Shown here one piece after another: positions 1-11,939 of a stretch of 64,000 bases of DNA. Origin of the DNA: Octopus sinensis (Eukaryota); NCBI RefSeq assembly GCF_006345805.1, contig NC_043020.1:20894001-20958000 (forward strand), in the 5' to 3' direction. Numbering within the stretch: the stretch's first letter is position 1; the number at the start of each line of letters is the position of its first letter. Below the pieces are notes generated by a model. It had not been told where the DNA came from and did not search any database. It saw only the letters and a list, made by a program, of their open reading frames with translations. The translations under genes and the position numbers were made by a program.

Positions 1-404
1 ATCTAATTTTACATCCCTTTAAAAAATAAGCAATAGAATTAAGTATTAAAGATTAAAAATTATGAATTATACTTTGTAAATTGTAGATTATAAATATGAA
101 TTAGTATATATATATTAATCATGTAAAATCAAGTATATGTCAAATACAAAATGTGAGATATAAGATTAAACATCAGAATAAAAATGTCTGTGTTTAAATG
201 TGACATTTAACAAGAAATATTCAAATACATATCTTCCTTTTTTTACTGGTACTAAAATGATGATTAGAGGAAGAAGATAGCAGGGAACTATGGGATTTTA
301 TAGGTGATTAGTACCAAGAGGAGTAATTACACTATACATTGTTTTAATTTTAAATTATCCTCTATTATCATTTTCAAATTTACCTATATTGGGAGATATA
401 TATA

Positions 405-600
405 ATTACCTCCGCCAAGGAAGGAGGTTGTTTTCATCGGCATTGGTTTATCCATCTGTGTGCAAAATAACTCAAAAAGTTGTGAATGGTATTTGATGAA
501 ACTTGCAGGAAAAGTTGGTAATGACACAAGGAAAAGATGATGAACTTTTGGTAGTGATCTGGGAATTTTTATGGATTCTTGGCAGATTTTTCATTTGTTA
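405..600. mobile_element. Short non-autonomous Helentron/HINE-like interspersed repeat remnant
   Basis: Starts attacctccgccaaggaaggaggttgttttcatcggc followed by aactcaaaaagttgtgaatggtatttgatgaaact, a motif pattern I recall from HINE/DINE-type elements; a related shorter motif lies near 900-960. Confidence 0.4.
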
Positions 601-1331
601 TATTTACTTTACATGAAGTATTACAATTTTACGTTCTTTGATTATCTCCCTTGAAAACATGTTCATTGTTTCTACGTAACTTATGGTGGTGTTGCTGATC
701 CCAAAGTTTATTTTCGTTTCTCTATTAGTTATTTTACTCATGTTGTGTGTGTATCACTCAAGTTTTGGGCAATTGTTGTTTCTTTTTAGTTGTATGGTGA
801 AACTAGCTTGCTGTTGTCATTGATGTATTATAACTTCTTCAGATGATTCCTGTTTTTAAAGGGTATTTTAAAAAAAAATCATATGGCTGTGTTTTTTTTT
901 TAACCCCACCAGGGAGGTTATGTTTTTGCCGGCGTTGTTTTGAGAAATTGGGCGATTTTCAGCATGCGTGTGTATGGGTGGAAATGAGCTGCTTGGCGGA
1001 GGTCTGTGCTCTCCAAGTGCTTTTCTAGTTTGTTATCATATAATTTTAGTAATATTTAATTCATATATTTATTTAAATTATTGCATTATTTTTTATTTAT
1101 ATAGTCTATACAAGTGCTTTAGAAATTAAATTATGTGGTTATTTGATTCAGTTCTTCATTTTACTAAATGTAAAATTACTTTGGTGCCTACATTTACCTC
1201 CTCATTCATCATAGTAGTAGTTTCATAAATTCTGTTATGCATAATAAACACATGTTATTCCCATTATAGGAGTGGGTTCTACCTATTATACTCCAGTTAA
1301 GGGCGTACTCTCTTTTTCTAGATTTTAGTTC

Positions 1332-1895
1332 TCATATATATTTACTTAAGCCTGTGGGCTTACTTAAATTAGGATTTTTGAAGGTCTGGTAGAGTTGGGA
1401 TATTCTTTTTTTAATGTCATTAGCTGTTGATCCAATATAAGCCTTATTTATAATTTTATTATTATTGTTCTTAGAGGTTACTCTACATTTATAAATTACA
1501 TTATTAATATTACAATTATTAGAGAGTTTACATTTAGTCTTATCACGACATGAACATTTTTCTATATGTTGATTAAGACTTCTATCACTATTGGTTATAT
1601 TATTGCTAGAGTTATTATTTATTATACTATTATAATAATTATTTATAGAGGAAATGATATTACATATGTTTCTCAATGTTGAGTATCCCACTTTTATGGT
1701 TTTATTGGAAAATATATTTGAATAACCGCAGGAGTGGCTGTGTGGTAAGTAGCTTGCTAACCAACCACATGGTTCTGGGTTCAGTCCCACTGCGTGGCAT
1801 CTTGGGCAAGTGTCTTCTGCTATAGCCCCGGGCCAACCAATGCCTTGTGAGTGGATTTGGTAGACGGAAACTGAAAGAAGCCTGTCATATATATG

Positions 1896-1956
<61 letters not shown>

Positions 1957-3180
1957 ATGTATTTGAGTGTCTGTGTTTGTCCCCCTAGCATTGCTTGACA
2001 ACCGATGCTGGTGTTTACATCCCTGTCGCATAGCGGTTCGGCAAAAAGAGACCGATAGAATAAGTACTGGGCTTACAAAGAATAAGTTCCAGGGTTGATT
2101 TGCTCGACTAAAGGCGGTGCTCCAGCATGGCCGCAGTCAAATGACTGAAACAAGTAAAAGAGTAACCATTGTCTTTTTTAAAAACCCTTTTTACTATTTT
2201 AAGTGTCTCCCTAATAATATTAGTCATAACTTGAGCCCCACATGGAATAATTAACCATATAATATCCTTTTTACTTGTTATATTATCATTATTAGTAGAC
2301 TTCATCAGTATTAAATTGTTATTCTTAGGTATATTATATCTATGCTTGTATACTTTACTATGTTTCTTACTATTGCTCATATTCTCATTATCAATATTAG
2401 TATTATTATTGTAATCATTAATAACAACTATATTTCTTTATTTAGTTTGTTATATTGTCTTTTATTATTATTATTATTCATATTTTTACTGTTAGATTTA
2501 TTATTAGTTTTATTAGGAATACTTGTTATATTATTATTATTATTATTAATGTGTTCATAATAATTAAAGAATTTTATATTAGAGTTGTATCATGTTTCTT
2601 TTAATGCTTTATTATAATATAGAGCATGTTTATTAAAAGTGTCATAATCTGAGGATAGCAAAGATATTCTTTTACCTATATTATTTATTAAGGCTTCTTT
2701 AACTAATCTAGGATGGTTACTTGAAGAACTAATATACTTTAGGTTTTCATTCAGCTTATGGAATGGATGGATCTTCTTAGTGATTAGATTAGGGTTGACA
2801 TCTAGATAATTTACTGCATAATGCTCATTCTCTATAGATATCCCTAGGCCATTAGTTTTAAAGAACTTGTACATTTTCTTCTTATGGCATTCTAATAACC
2901 TATTAATACAATTCCTAGTTATAAGTAGTAGGTCGTCCCAATAAAGACCTCCCTTATTTTCGTAAATTCTATTTCTAGTTCAGATAGGAGATATAAACTT
3001 ACTAGATCGGTAACCTCGGCTGAATCCAGGGCACCCATGGGTATATCAGTGTCTTTTCTTGCCCATTGTTTATCTTTATATTTTATAATAGAATTCCTTG
3101 CAGCCAACACCACTTTTACTTCTTCAAATGACATATTTACCTTTCTCATGGCATATGGTAGGGCCTTAATTAAAACCACT
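1332..3180 (-). mobile_element. Degenerate Penelope-like element (Neptune-like), RT plus C-terminal GIY-YIG endonuclease
   Basis: Minus-strand ORF pieces in order: PMGALDSAEVTDLVSLYLL (RT, cf. MGSYDGAEVCELVG); GLGISIE..VNYLDV..YISSSSNHP (RT thumb); DIIWLIIP..TNI; NIFSNKTIKVGYS; CSCRDKTKC..C..VIYKC..AYIGST..KKR (Cys linker plus GIY-YIG). Interrupted by stops, an AAT-rich expansion and a SINE. Confidence 0.85.
1728..2162 (+). mobile_element. Full-length tRNA-derived octopod-type SINE with internal (TA)n/(TG)n
   Basis: tRNA-like head (tggctgtgtggt A-box, ggttcagtccc B-box), cttgggcaagtgtcttc core, tail caagtaaaagag; flanked by TAACC at 1723-1727 and 2163-2167. Confidence 0.85.
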
Positions 3181-3354
3181 TTATTTATAGATGAATAATA
3201 ATACCATCTTCTGTATGTATTTGTGTATACCTATATTTTTCTATTTATATGTATACCCTTTTATACCTATGTCTATTTACTACTTTCATTTTTATTTCCT
3301 CTCCACTCCTAACATATCTATATCACTAAATACTTACAAATGTTATTAGTTATT

Positions 3355-3640
3355 CTATCTTACAATTGAGTATATTTTTAATCCTGGTATATATACACAT
3401 GCATGTTCTAGAGTGGTTGTGCATGAGCATATCCATGTGTGCAAATCTATGTATGTTTTTATAAATATATGTCTGTATGTGTATATGTGTTTGTATATGT
3501 ATATATATATGTATGTATGTGTATATATATATGTATGTATGTATATATATATATATATATATATAGATTTATTTACATGTGTATATGTGCCTCTATATGT
3601 GTATGACTGTATATACATATACTTTACTGTGTATATATAA
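3355..3640. repeat. Compound (TA)/(TG)/(TATG) microsatellite
   Basis: Directly visible low-complexity tract. Confidence 0.9.
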
Positions 3641-3890
3641 TATGCACTTATTCTATAATATTGTAACTTATATATGTATCTCTACATGTATCTGTTTACC
3701 CCCAAATCATAATAATAATTATAATAAATACATGCACTAAACTTATATAATGTCTATTATTGTTCATTACGATCATATTCTTTTATATAACCAAATACTT
3801 CTCACATATGTACATAAGCATTCCAATCTATAATTATTACACAGAATTAATCACCTGTAATATTCCTACATATCTTTCACACATTATATA

Positions 3891-4264
3891 CTAGCAGTAT
3901 CACCCGGTGTTGCTAGGGTTTGTTTCGACCCTTTAGAAATGGAATTTTTGAAAAGTAAAAATTTTGCATTATGTAGCTTGTTATTCTCTTAAAGTGAACA
4001 TTTTTCTGAAAAATGGCAACACAGCAGTCAAAAAATCATAAAATATAGGGACTTTCACAGAAAAAAAAGCACCTTTTTGATGTAAATAATTTTTGGTGCT
4101 AACATGGTCTGATTTGATTTTTTTCTTCTGCAGAAGGAAGAGCAAGCCTTCTACCATACTTTCAATTTTGGTCAACTTGCACCGCAGGGCCTAGAAGGAG
4201 ATAGTGTTAGTTGAAGGCTACCAAACCTGCCATACACAGACAACTTCAGCTTTATATATAGAGA
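3891..4264 (-). mobile_element. Non-autonomous Helitron
   Basis: Minus strand begins a|TCtctatatataaagctgaagttgtctg and ends with a degenerate GC hairpin followed by CTAG|t; inserted at an AT dinucleotide with no TSD. Confidence 0.7.
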
Positions 4265-5325
4265 TTATTATCTTTATATATTTTTTTTAAACCATGTACT
4301 TTTTCGGCTTTTTCACATAATAACGTACATTTACACCAAAATCACCACTATAGTTTTCATGAATATCTTTTTCAACTATTATGGAAATGTGTGTACAACA
4401 ATATAAATTCTCTGTATATAATATTATCTCCCTACTACATTCATATTTGTATTATCCTATTTTTCAGTGTATGATAAAATTTGTCCATAATTGTCCGTAC
4501 ATTCTCTCTATATTTGTTTATACATACAAGTATTTACAGTAAATTATCACAGTATGATTTTCATGTACAAGACCATAATTTTTATATCTACATATAGTCA
4601 TACCCTCTCTTTCTCATAAAATATTTAGCACGGAATACTTTTATTTATACATAAAAAGTAATTTTTTTTGTATAACATTATTCATATACATTTATTACAT
4701 TTCTCAGTAACCTCTCTCTTTCTTTTATTTAACATTCCCTTTTCTCCAACCTCCCTAAAATATTCAATGCTTCTTCATATTTATCTCCCTACACTAATTT
4801 TGATTTCTTTTCATCCTCTCTAATTTATTAACTTTATATCTTCAATATTTTTTCTTACTACATCTCCTAAATTGTTTTTTATTTTTCTTAATAGTAGACT
4901 TCATAAGTATAATACAAACTTAATCTTTATAATTGCAATTGTATTACTATCTTTCCTCATTTTCTCCCTGTCTTATTATTTCATGCAGCTGTAAATACAG
5001 CTTTTGAGTAACCAAGAGTCATTATTCTTCCAAATTCCTTCTTCTCTCCCTTATGAGCTTTATAAACCTAATTTTTTTCATTTTTTTATGATTTAAAAAA
5101 AAAAAGTACCAAGTATTGTCTTCAATGGATAGATTTGATTTACATTAGGTACCGTTTTCTCATTCGACATTTCTCTAACTAACTCACTCAATGCTTCGTA
5201 TATGGAGTTATAATTAACCAATCTATACTATGCTATAGAGAGAAAGTTATCGATATTTCTATAGTTATATCATCCCCTAACCGTTCATCTGTTAGTTAGA
5301 CAAGATCATCAGAACATAGTAATTC

Positions 5326-5598
5326 CTAGGGCTGCCAGTCTTGAATTCCTTTGTTATGGTCTGCAGAGCAATGATGAAAAGGAGGGGTACTAAGGACTGA
5401 GCTTTGATGAACCCCTATCTGCACACCATATTCTTTGCTGTACTTGTGGTTAACTCTCGTCTTACTGAGACATCTTTGTACATGGCCTGTACAGCTTTCA
5501 TCAGTCACTTGGCTATCCCTGGCCTCCGCAGAGCCCACCATATTACACAGTGGGGCAATCTATTGAAGGCTTTCTCTAGATCAATGAATGTCAAGTAT
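5326..5598 (-). mobile_element. RTE-clade LINE reverse transcriptase fragment
   Basis: YVAKNKPLYLTFIDLEKAFNRLPHCVIWWALR followed by PLLFII.LQTITKEFKTG; same family as the element at 8.6-11.2 kb. Confidence 0.85.
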
Positions 5599-5615
5599 AA
5601 TGGTTTATTCTTAGC

Positions 5616-5700
<85 letters not shown>
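5599..5700. repeat. (TA)n microsatellite
   Basis: Directly visible. Confidence 0.95.
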
Positions 5701-5702
<2 letters not shown>

Positions 5703-6139
5703 AGATAAGAAAATAGAGAATACATCTAAATCAAATATCAATTACCAGATAATACTCAATCACATACTTTATTAAACCACCACATAAGAGACTGTAGGGT
5801 TAAATATAAAAAGCAGAACAAATCAGTGTACATAAAGGAATGTACATAAAAGAGTAATGTTGTATAATAATTAGAATATATATAAAAAAGAATATAAATA
5901 CAAGTAAATATAAATATAAGTATAAAAGTATAAATTAGATCTTACAGCTTCTAATTATACAACATTACTCTTTTATGTACACTTTTTTATGTACATTCCT
6001 TTATGTACACTGATTTGTTCTGCTTTTTATATTTAACCCTACAGTCTCTTATGTGGTGGTTTAATAAAGTATGTGATTGAGTATTATCTGGTAATTGATA
6101 TTTGATTTAGATGTATTTCTCCATTTTCTTATCTTGTAT
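5698..6139. repeat. Long inverted repeat, arms about 180-190 bp, spacer about 72 bp
   Basis: 5698-5876 is the reverse complement of 5949-6139 apart from two small indels and a few substitutions. Confidence 0.9.
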
Positions 6140-6311
6140 TAGTAATTTGTGGTAAATCATTTTACTTTTGCCCATATAATACAGTAAATGAATTGATTGC
6201 ATCGCAATCATTAACATTTATGTATTAACTTTGTTGGGTACTTCACTAGCAGTATATTGGATATATGTTATCCCATGGATGGTTGCATTTACAACCCCTA
6301 TCTCAATTTGT

Positions 6312-6787
6312 ATCATCATCATCATCATCATCATCGTTTAGCGTCCGTTTTCCATGCTAGCATGGGTTGGACGGTTCTACTGGGGTCTGTGAAGCCAGAA
6401 GGCTTCATCAGGCCCAGTCAAATCTGGCAGTGTTTCTACGGCTGGATGCCCTTCCTAACGCCAACCACTCCGTGAGTGTAGTGGGTGCTTTTTACGTGCC
6501 ACCCGCACTGGTGCCAGACAGAGCTGGCAAACGGCCACGAACGGATGGTGCTTTTTATGTGCCACCGGCACGAGGGCCAGGCGAGGCTGGCAACGGACAC
6601 GAAACGGGGCGGTGCTGGCAACGGTCGCGAAACGGAAAGTTCTCTTACATGCCACCGGCACTGGTAACACATCTGCAATTTCCATTGATCAATTTCCATT
6701 GATCGATTTCCATTCTGATCGTCACTTGCCTCAACGGGTCTTCACAAGCAGAGTTTTGACATGCCACCGGCACTGGTAGCACATCCG

Positions 6788-6790
<3 letters not shown>
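6312..6790 (-). mobile_element. RTE LINE 3' UTR fragment with (TGA)n tail
   Basis: Homologous to the 3' UTR at 8601-9040 and to 19270-19571 (ggcgttaggaagggcatccagccgtagaaac...catgctagcatgg); contains repeated tgccaccggcac units. Confidence 0.85.
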
Positions 6791-6839
<49 letters not shown>

Positions 6840-7882
6840 ATCAGTGGCGACTCCAGCACTCGGGCTGTTTGAGCTTAGTCCAACTATAAATTTAGTTAAG
6901 TGAACGGGTATTTGCAAACTGATTTAGTTTCTGCCAACTCTGACTTCAAGTATGTAATTGCAGCCAATAACTTGGGCTCCTTTTATTGAGCCTGGTTGTA
7001 GTTCATTTATTTTCATTCAGTGTCTGGCGGTCATCTTAGAGGTGCCCTGTGTCAAAAAATATCATTTGTAGCAGAGGTTCTCTCGATATCGTTCATATGC
7101 GCCAGACTCACGCTCAGCAGTTACAGCTTGAGTTGTTAAATATATTCGTAAAAATTAAAAGTAATTCAAATTCAATGTTTCTTTAAAACAATAAATTTTG
7201 ATAGTGATTAGGTTTTAAATTCCAATCTATGAAAAGTTTCCATTCTACAATATTCTTAAAGGAATGACAAATTATCCAGCAACTCGGGCTAATACGAATG
7301 AGCCTGGTAGGTGTAAAAGACTAACTGGCATCTCTGATGTTTGTTGTGCACTTCACTGTCGTTATTTGATTGCTGTTATTCTGTGTGTCTGTGTGTAAAG
7401 ATCAGTTGTGTTTTGCAGGAGTGTTTTATTTTTACCCTTAACTTAAAAATGGAGAAAGACATAATGCTAGATATAAAAAAAAAAATAAGTCATTTGGGGC
7501 TAGAAATTAAGTGGAAAAACATGTAATTCTTCAAGCAGGCATGTGTCTTATGTGAAATCTGTGATGAGCCTGAGCAATGCTGATGATCTGGAGTTGCTTC
7601 TGATATATATATATATATATATACACACAGATATAGATACATACATATATATTCAATAATGAATTAATAGTATGTGCTTTGTTTGTTTGCCAATTTGCTG
7701 GGGTATAACACTTGGGGAATAATTCTTTTATAAGGTTGGGTGTTAAACACCTGAAAGTCATAATCACAGACAGGCAAAAAAACTTGCCTCTCATTGAGTT
7801 AAAGAGTGAAGGATACTAATATTTTGCCATTTTTGGGGCTTATCAACATCATGTAACTGAATTAAACTAGGGTCAAATAATC

Positions 7883-8053
7883 AAATTGCCAGTCTATGAC
7901 TATATATAAATAGTGTAAGAACTATTTGCAGGTATGCCATGGAGATGCACACACAAGAATAAATTCAGTGACAAATTTCATGTGTGCATTACTGTGGCAT
8001 ACCAGCAAATAGTTCTTACACAATAAAAATATATAGTCAAAGACTGGTAATTT
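7883..8053. mobile_element. Small foldback/MITE-like hairpin element
   Basis: aaattgccagtctatgactatatat..gtgtaagaactatttgcaggtatgcca is mirrored by tggcataccagcaaatagttcttacac..atatatagtcaaagactggtaattt; inner tgcacaca/tgtgtgca also pairs. Confidence 0.6.
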
Positions 8054-8084
8054 CATTTATCCCTTGGTCGATTCAGGTATGTGA

Positions 8085-8357
8085 TCATTATTTACATTTG
8101 ACCGATATTTGTCCTCATTTTGTTTGTTGTTAACATGTTTCGGCTGATATACCCTCCAGCCTTCATCAGGTGTCTTGGGGAAATTTTGAACCTAGGTTCT
8201 CATTCCTAAGGGATTTTTCAATGCTATTATTATTATTATTATTATTCAGGTCACTGCCTGGAATCGAATTCAATTCCAGGAAGTGACCTGAATAATAATA
8301 ATAATAATATCAAAAAACACCTTATTAACCCAGGTTCGAAATTTCCCCAAGACACCT
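8085..8357. mobile_element. Hammerhead-bearing short repeat, head-to-head inverted pair
   Basis: Antisense copy with gacacctgatgaaggctggagggtatatcagccgaaac on the minus strand at about 8130-8173, joined through (TTA)n-caggtcact...agtgacctg-(AAT)n to a partial sense copy ending gacacct. Confidence 0.8.
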
Positions 8358-8371
8358 CTCTTTCTTTTTCT

Positions 8372-8575
8372 CTTTGTCTTTTACTTGTTTCAGTCACTTG
8401 ACTGTGGCCATGCTGGAGCACCGCTTTTAGTCGAGCAAATCTACCCCAGGACTTATTCTTTGTAAGCCTAGTACTTATTCTATCGGTCTCTTTTGCCGAA
8501 CCGCTAAGTTATGGGGATGTAAACACACCAGCGTTGGTTGTCAAGCAATGTTGGGGGACAAACATATACACACAC
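8372..8575 (-). mobile_element. 3' half of octopod-type SINE
   Basis: Reverse complement of 1975-2160 (cttttacttgtttcagtca...ggccatgctggagcaccgc...gccgaaccgctaag). Confidence 0.85.
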
Positions 8576-8600
8576 ATACATACATATATATATATATATA

Positions 8601-11180
8601 TCATCATCATCATCATCATTTAACGTCCGTTTTCCATGCTAGCATGGGTTGGACGGTTCGACCGGGGTCTGGTAAGCCATGAAGGCTGCACCAGGCTCCA
8701 GTCAGATTTGGCAGTGTTTCTACAGCTGGATGCCCTTCCTAACGCCAACCACTCCGTGAGTGTAGTGGCTGTTTTTTATGTGCCACCGGCACAGAAGCCA
8801 GCACAGGCTGGCAAACGACCACGATCGGTTGGTGCTTTTATGTGTCACGGACACTAGTCAGGCAACGCTAGTAACTGCTACGCTCGAACAGTGCTTTTAC
8901 GTGTCACCAGCACTGGTGTCTTAACTACAATTACCATTCGAAATTTTGATGTTGACGAACTTGACTCAACAGGTCTCCTCAAGAACAGTGGGTCACTCTA
9001 TGATCTAAGGTCAGCGCAGCAGGCTGTCCTGTGAGCCATGAACTCACTTCACTTGTCGGGTCTTCGAAGTCACGGCATATCTCCAGAGGTCTCGGTCTTT
9101 CGTCATAGCCTCTGTGAGGCTCAAAGTACAAAGGTCATGCTTGACCACCTCGTCCCATGTCTTCCTGGGTCTACCTCTACCCCGGGTTCCTTCAACAGTT
9201 TGGGAGTGGCACTTCACACATCTCTCCTCATCCATCCGTAGTACATGACCATACCAACGCAATCGTCTCTCCTGCATGCTGCATCCAATGCTTCTTATGC
9301 CCAACATTTCTCTCAGGACGTTTACACTCTGTCATGCATGGACACTGACATTACACATCCAGCGGATCATGCTAGCTTCATTTCTTTCAAGCCTACGCAT
9401 GTCCTCCGCAGTCACAGCCCACGTTTCACTGCCATGAAGCCTGGCAGTTTGCACACATGCATCGTACAACCTATCTTTCACTCTGAGCGAGAGACCCTTT
9501 GTCGCCAGCAGGGGAGAAGCTTCCTAAACTTTGCCCAAGCTATTCTTATTCTGGTGGTAACGCTCTTTGAGCATCCACCCCTGCTACTAACTTGGTCACC
9601 TAGGTAGCAGAAACTACTAACTACTTCTAGTTTCTCCCCAAAGAATGTAATGGAACCTGTTTTCTGAGTATCAATGGTGTCAATTGCTCCTGTGCATCTG
9701 CCGCACACGAAAGCTATCTTCTCGGTTAATTTTCCTTTGATATTGCTGCACCTCTTATGTCTCCATAGCTTACACTGGGTACATCTTATGGAGTTTCTAC
9801 CTACACCTTTTCTACAGATCGAGCAGGGCCACCTACCTGAAGGGGTGTGTGGTGAGTTTGCCTTCCTACTTACTTTGCTACATTGACTCTAAGACCTTAT
9901 GATTATAAACCTAGCTTCCACACACGAAATTTCTTTGATTCTGCTACAAGGGCTAGGTCATCGGTATAGAGGAGCTCCCAGGGACAACCTGTCTTAAATT
10001 CCTCTGTTATTGCCTGGAGGACAATGATGAATAGAAGGGGGCTGAGGGCTGAGCCTAGGTGGACGCCAACTTCTACCCTGAATTCTTCACTGTACTCATT
10101 ACTAATTCTAACCTTACTACTAGCCTCTCTGTAGAGAGCTTGTACAGCCCTTATTAACCATTCGTCAATCTCCAGTTTCCACATCGCCCACCAGATAAGG
10201 GATCGTAGGACCCTATCAAAGGCTTTCTCCAAGTCCACAAAAGCTAAGTATTTTTGGCTAGGTATTTCTTCTGCAGTTGTCGAACCAGGAATATGGCATC
10301 AGTGGTGCTTCTGCCAGGAACAAAACCAAACTGCATCTCATCTATGCTAACTCTCTCCCTAATTAGTTGGGCTATGACTCTCTCTGTGACCTTCATTACC
10401 TGATCCAGCAGTTTGATACCCCTGTAGTTATTTCTATCTAGAGCATCACCTTTACCCTTGTAGCAGTTGACTATGGTACTGCTACGCCAGTCATTGGGTA
10501 TGACTCCATCTTGAACTACTTGGTTTACAATGCTGGTGACTAGGCCGTAGCCCACACCACCAGATGTTTTAAGCATCTCAGCGGTGATTCCTGATGGGCC
10601 GGGGGCTTTTCCTGGCTTCATTCCCTTAACTACTACGGAGCTATCTATACAGATAGCTGGTCCTTCTACTGGGTCAACATTTGGCAGGCTCTCCTCCTCC
10701 CACTCATTCTCCACATTCAGCAGTCTCACATAGTGGCTTCTCAAAGCCTCTTTCTTTTCAGAATCACAAAAAGCAAGTGCCCCATCATCCATTCGAGCAC
10801 ATTTCTCCCCTGTGACATCACAATTTTCTCTCACACACTGTCTTGCAATCCGAAATACCTCAGTTCTTTGGTCCTCACGTCTCTGGACATTGGCAAACTT
10901 CTTTTCCGCTACGCTCTTGGCTATGTATACCTGCCGCCTAGCCTCCCTTCTGGCTACCTGGTACCGTCCCCAGCTACCCTCATCCTTCCAGGCTTTCCAG
11001 GCCTGTTTCTTTGCCCTTCTCGCCTTGTCTTCTGTACTATTCCACCACCACGTAACTCTAGGTCTGGAAGGGATTTTGCACCAGCCACAGACTTGGTCTG
11101 AGGCGCTTAGTAAGTTGTCCCATCGGAATTTCCAGCTACCTTCTATGTCCGATGTCTGTAGCTCCTCCTCCCTCTCCTAT
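8601..11180 (-). mobile_element. 5'-truncated RTE-clade LINE (ORF2 linker, RT, PHD-like finger, 3' UTR, (TGA)n tail)
   Basis: KAPGPSGITAEMLK, NYRGIKLL, QFGFVPGRSTTDAIF, DLEKAFDRV, LSPLLF, LLYTDDL, FCYLGD, RLRWYGHVLRM..GRGRPRKTW; several frameshifts and stops. Confidence 0.93.
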
Positions 11181-11194
11181 TTATATACACACAT

Positions 11195-11325
11195 ATGACA
11201 GGCTTTGTCTTTTAGTTTCTGTTTAGCAAATCCACTCACAAGGATTTGGTCGGCCCAGAGTTATAGTAGAAGACACTGCTCAAGGTGTCATGCAGTGAGA
11301 CTGAATACAGAACCATGTAGTTGCA
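11195..11325 (-). mobile_element. SINE 5' head fragment
   Basis: Reverse complement of the 1760-1880 region (aaatccactcacaagg..ttggtcggccc..tagtagaagacac). Confidence 0.7.
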
Positions 11326-11939
11326 CCTCCCCCACATCTATTATTATTTAAAATAATACGTTTACTATGAACTTCCTATAATGCATGCATAATGATATGC
11401 AGTAGTCGGCCATTGTTAGCTGAAGCATACCTACACCAATGAATTTCTTTCCTCAAAACTTTAATGAAATTTTCTACAAATACACTTTGGATGATGTAAA
11501 TTCAGATTATATTGGAATTTTTTATGATTATAAATTTTTTGAAAAAATAATGTGATGAGTGTCAGTATGTAGTTTTATTTCCATATTAAATTCTGATATA
11601 AGCGTATTCTACACATTTTGAATGGTATTTGTTGAAATTGTCATTTAGAAATACCCATTTTTCCAAAAGTTAGGAGAAAAGAAAACCAACCTGTCTGAAT
11701 TTTCTGAATCTACTATCTCCACTTGCCCTAAAAACATTTTTTCACAACTAATTCAGATATAATGGAAATCTACACCATCTGAGGCATATTTGTAGAAAAT
11801 TTCATTCAAAAATATTCATTTTTCTGGAAGTTATGAGGAAACTAAATCGATGGGGTATATTTGTGTACATAATTCCGCATCTCTTAAATATAGAACTATA
11901 TCAGATATGTGATGTTGATAAGTATACAATAGTGCAGGC

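Noticed and set aside
3355-3640. ORFs rich in YI/HT/CV repeats here and at 5404-5775, 25695-25970, 26958-27219, 31262-31757 and 43731-44129
   Set aside because: They are translations of microsatellites and show no coding signal.
7531-7794. 87-aa minus-strand ORF as a host exon
   Set aside because: No recognisable domain, it includes a TA microsatellite, and it has no tubulin similarity.
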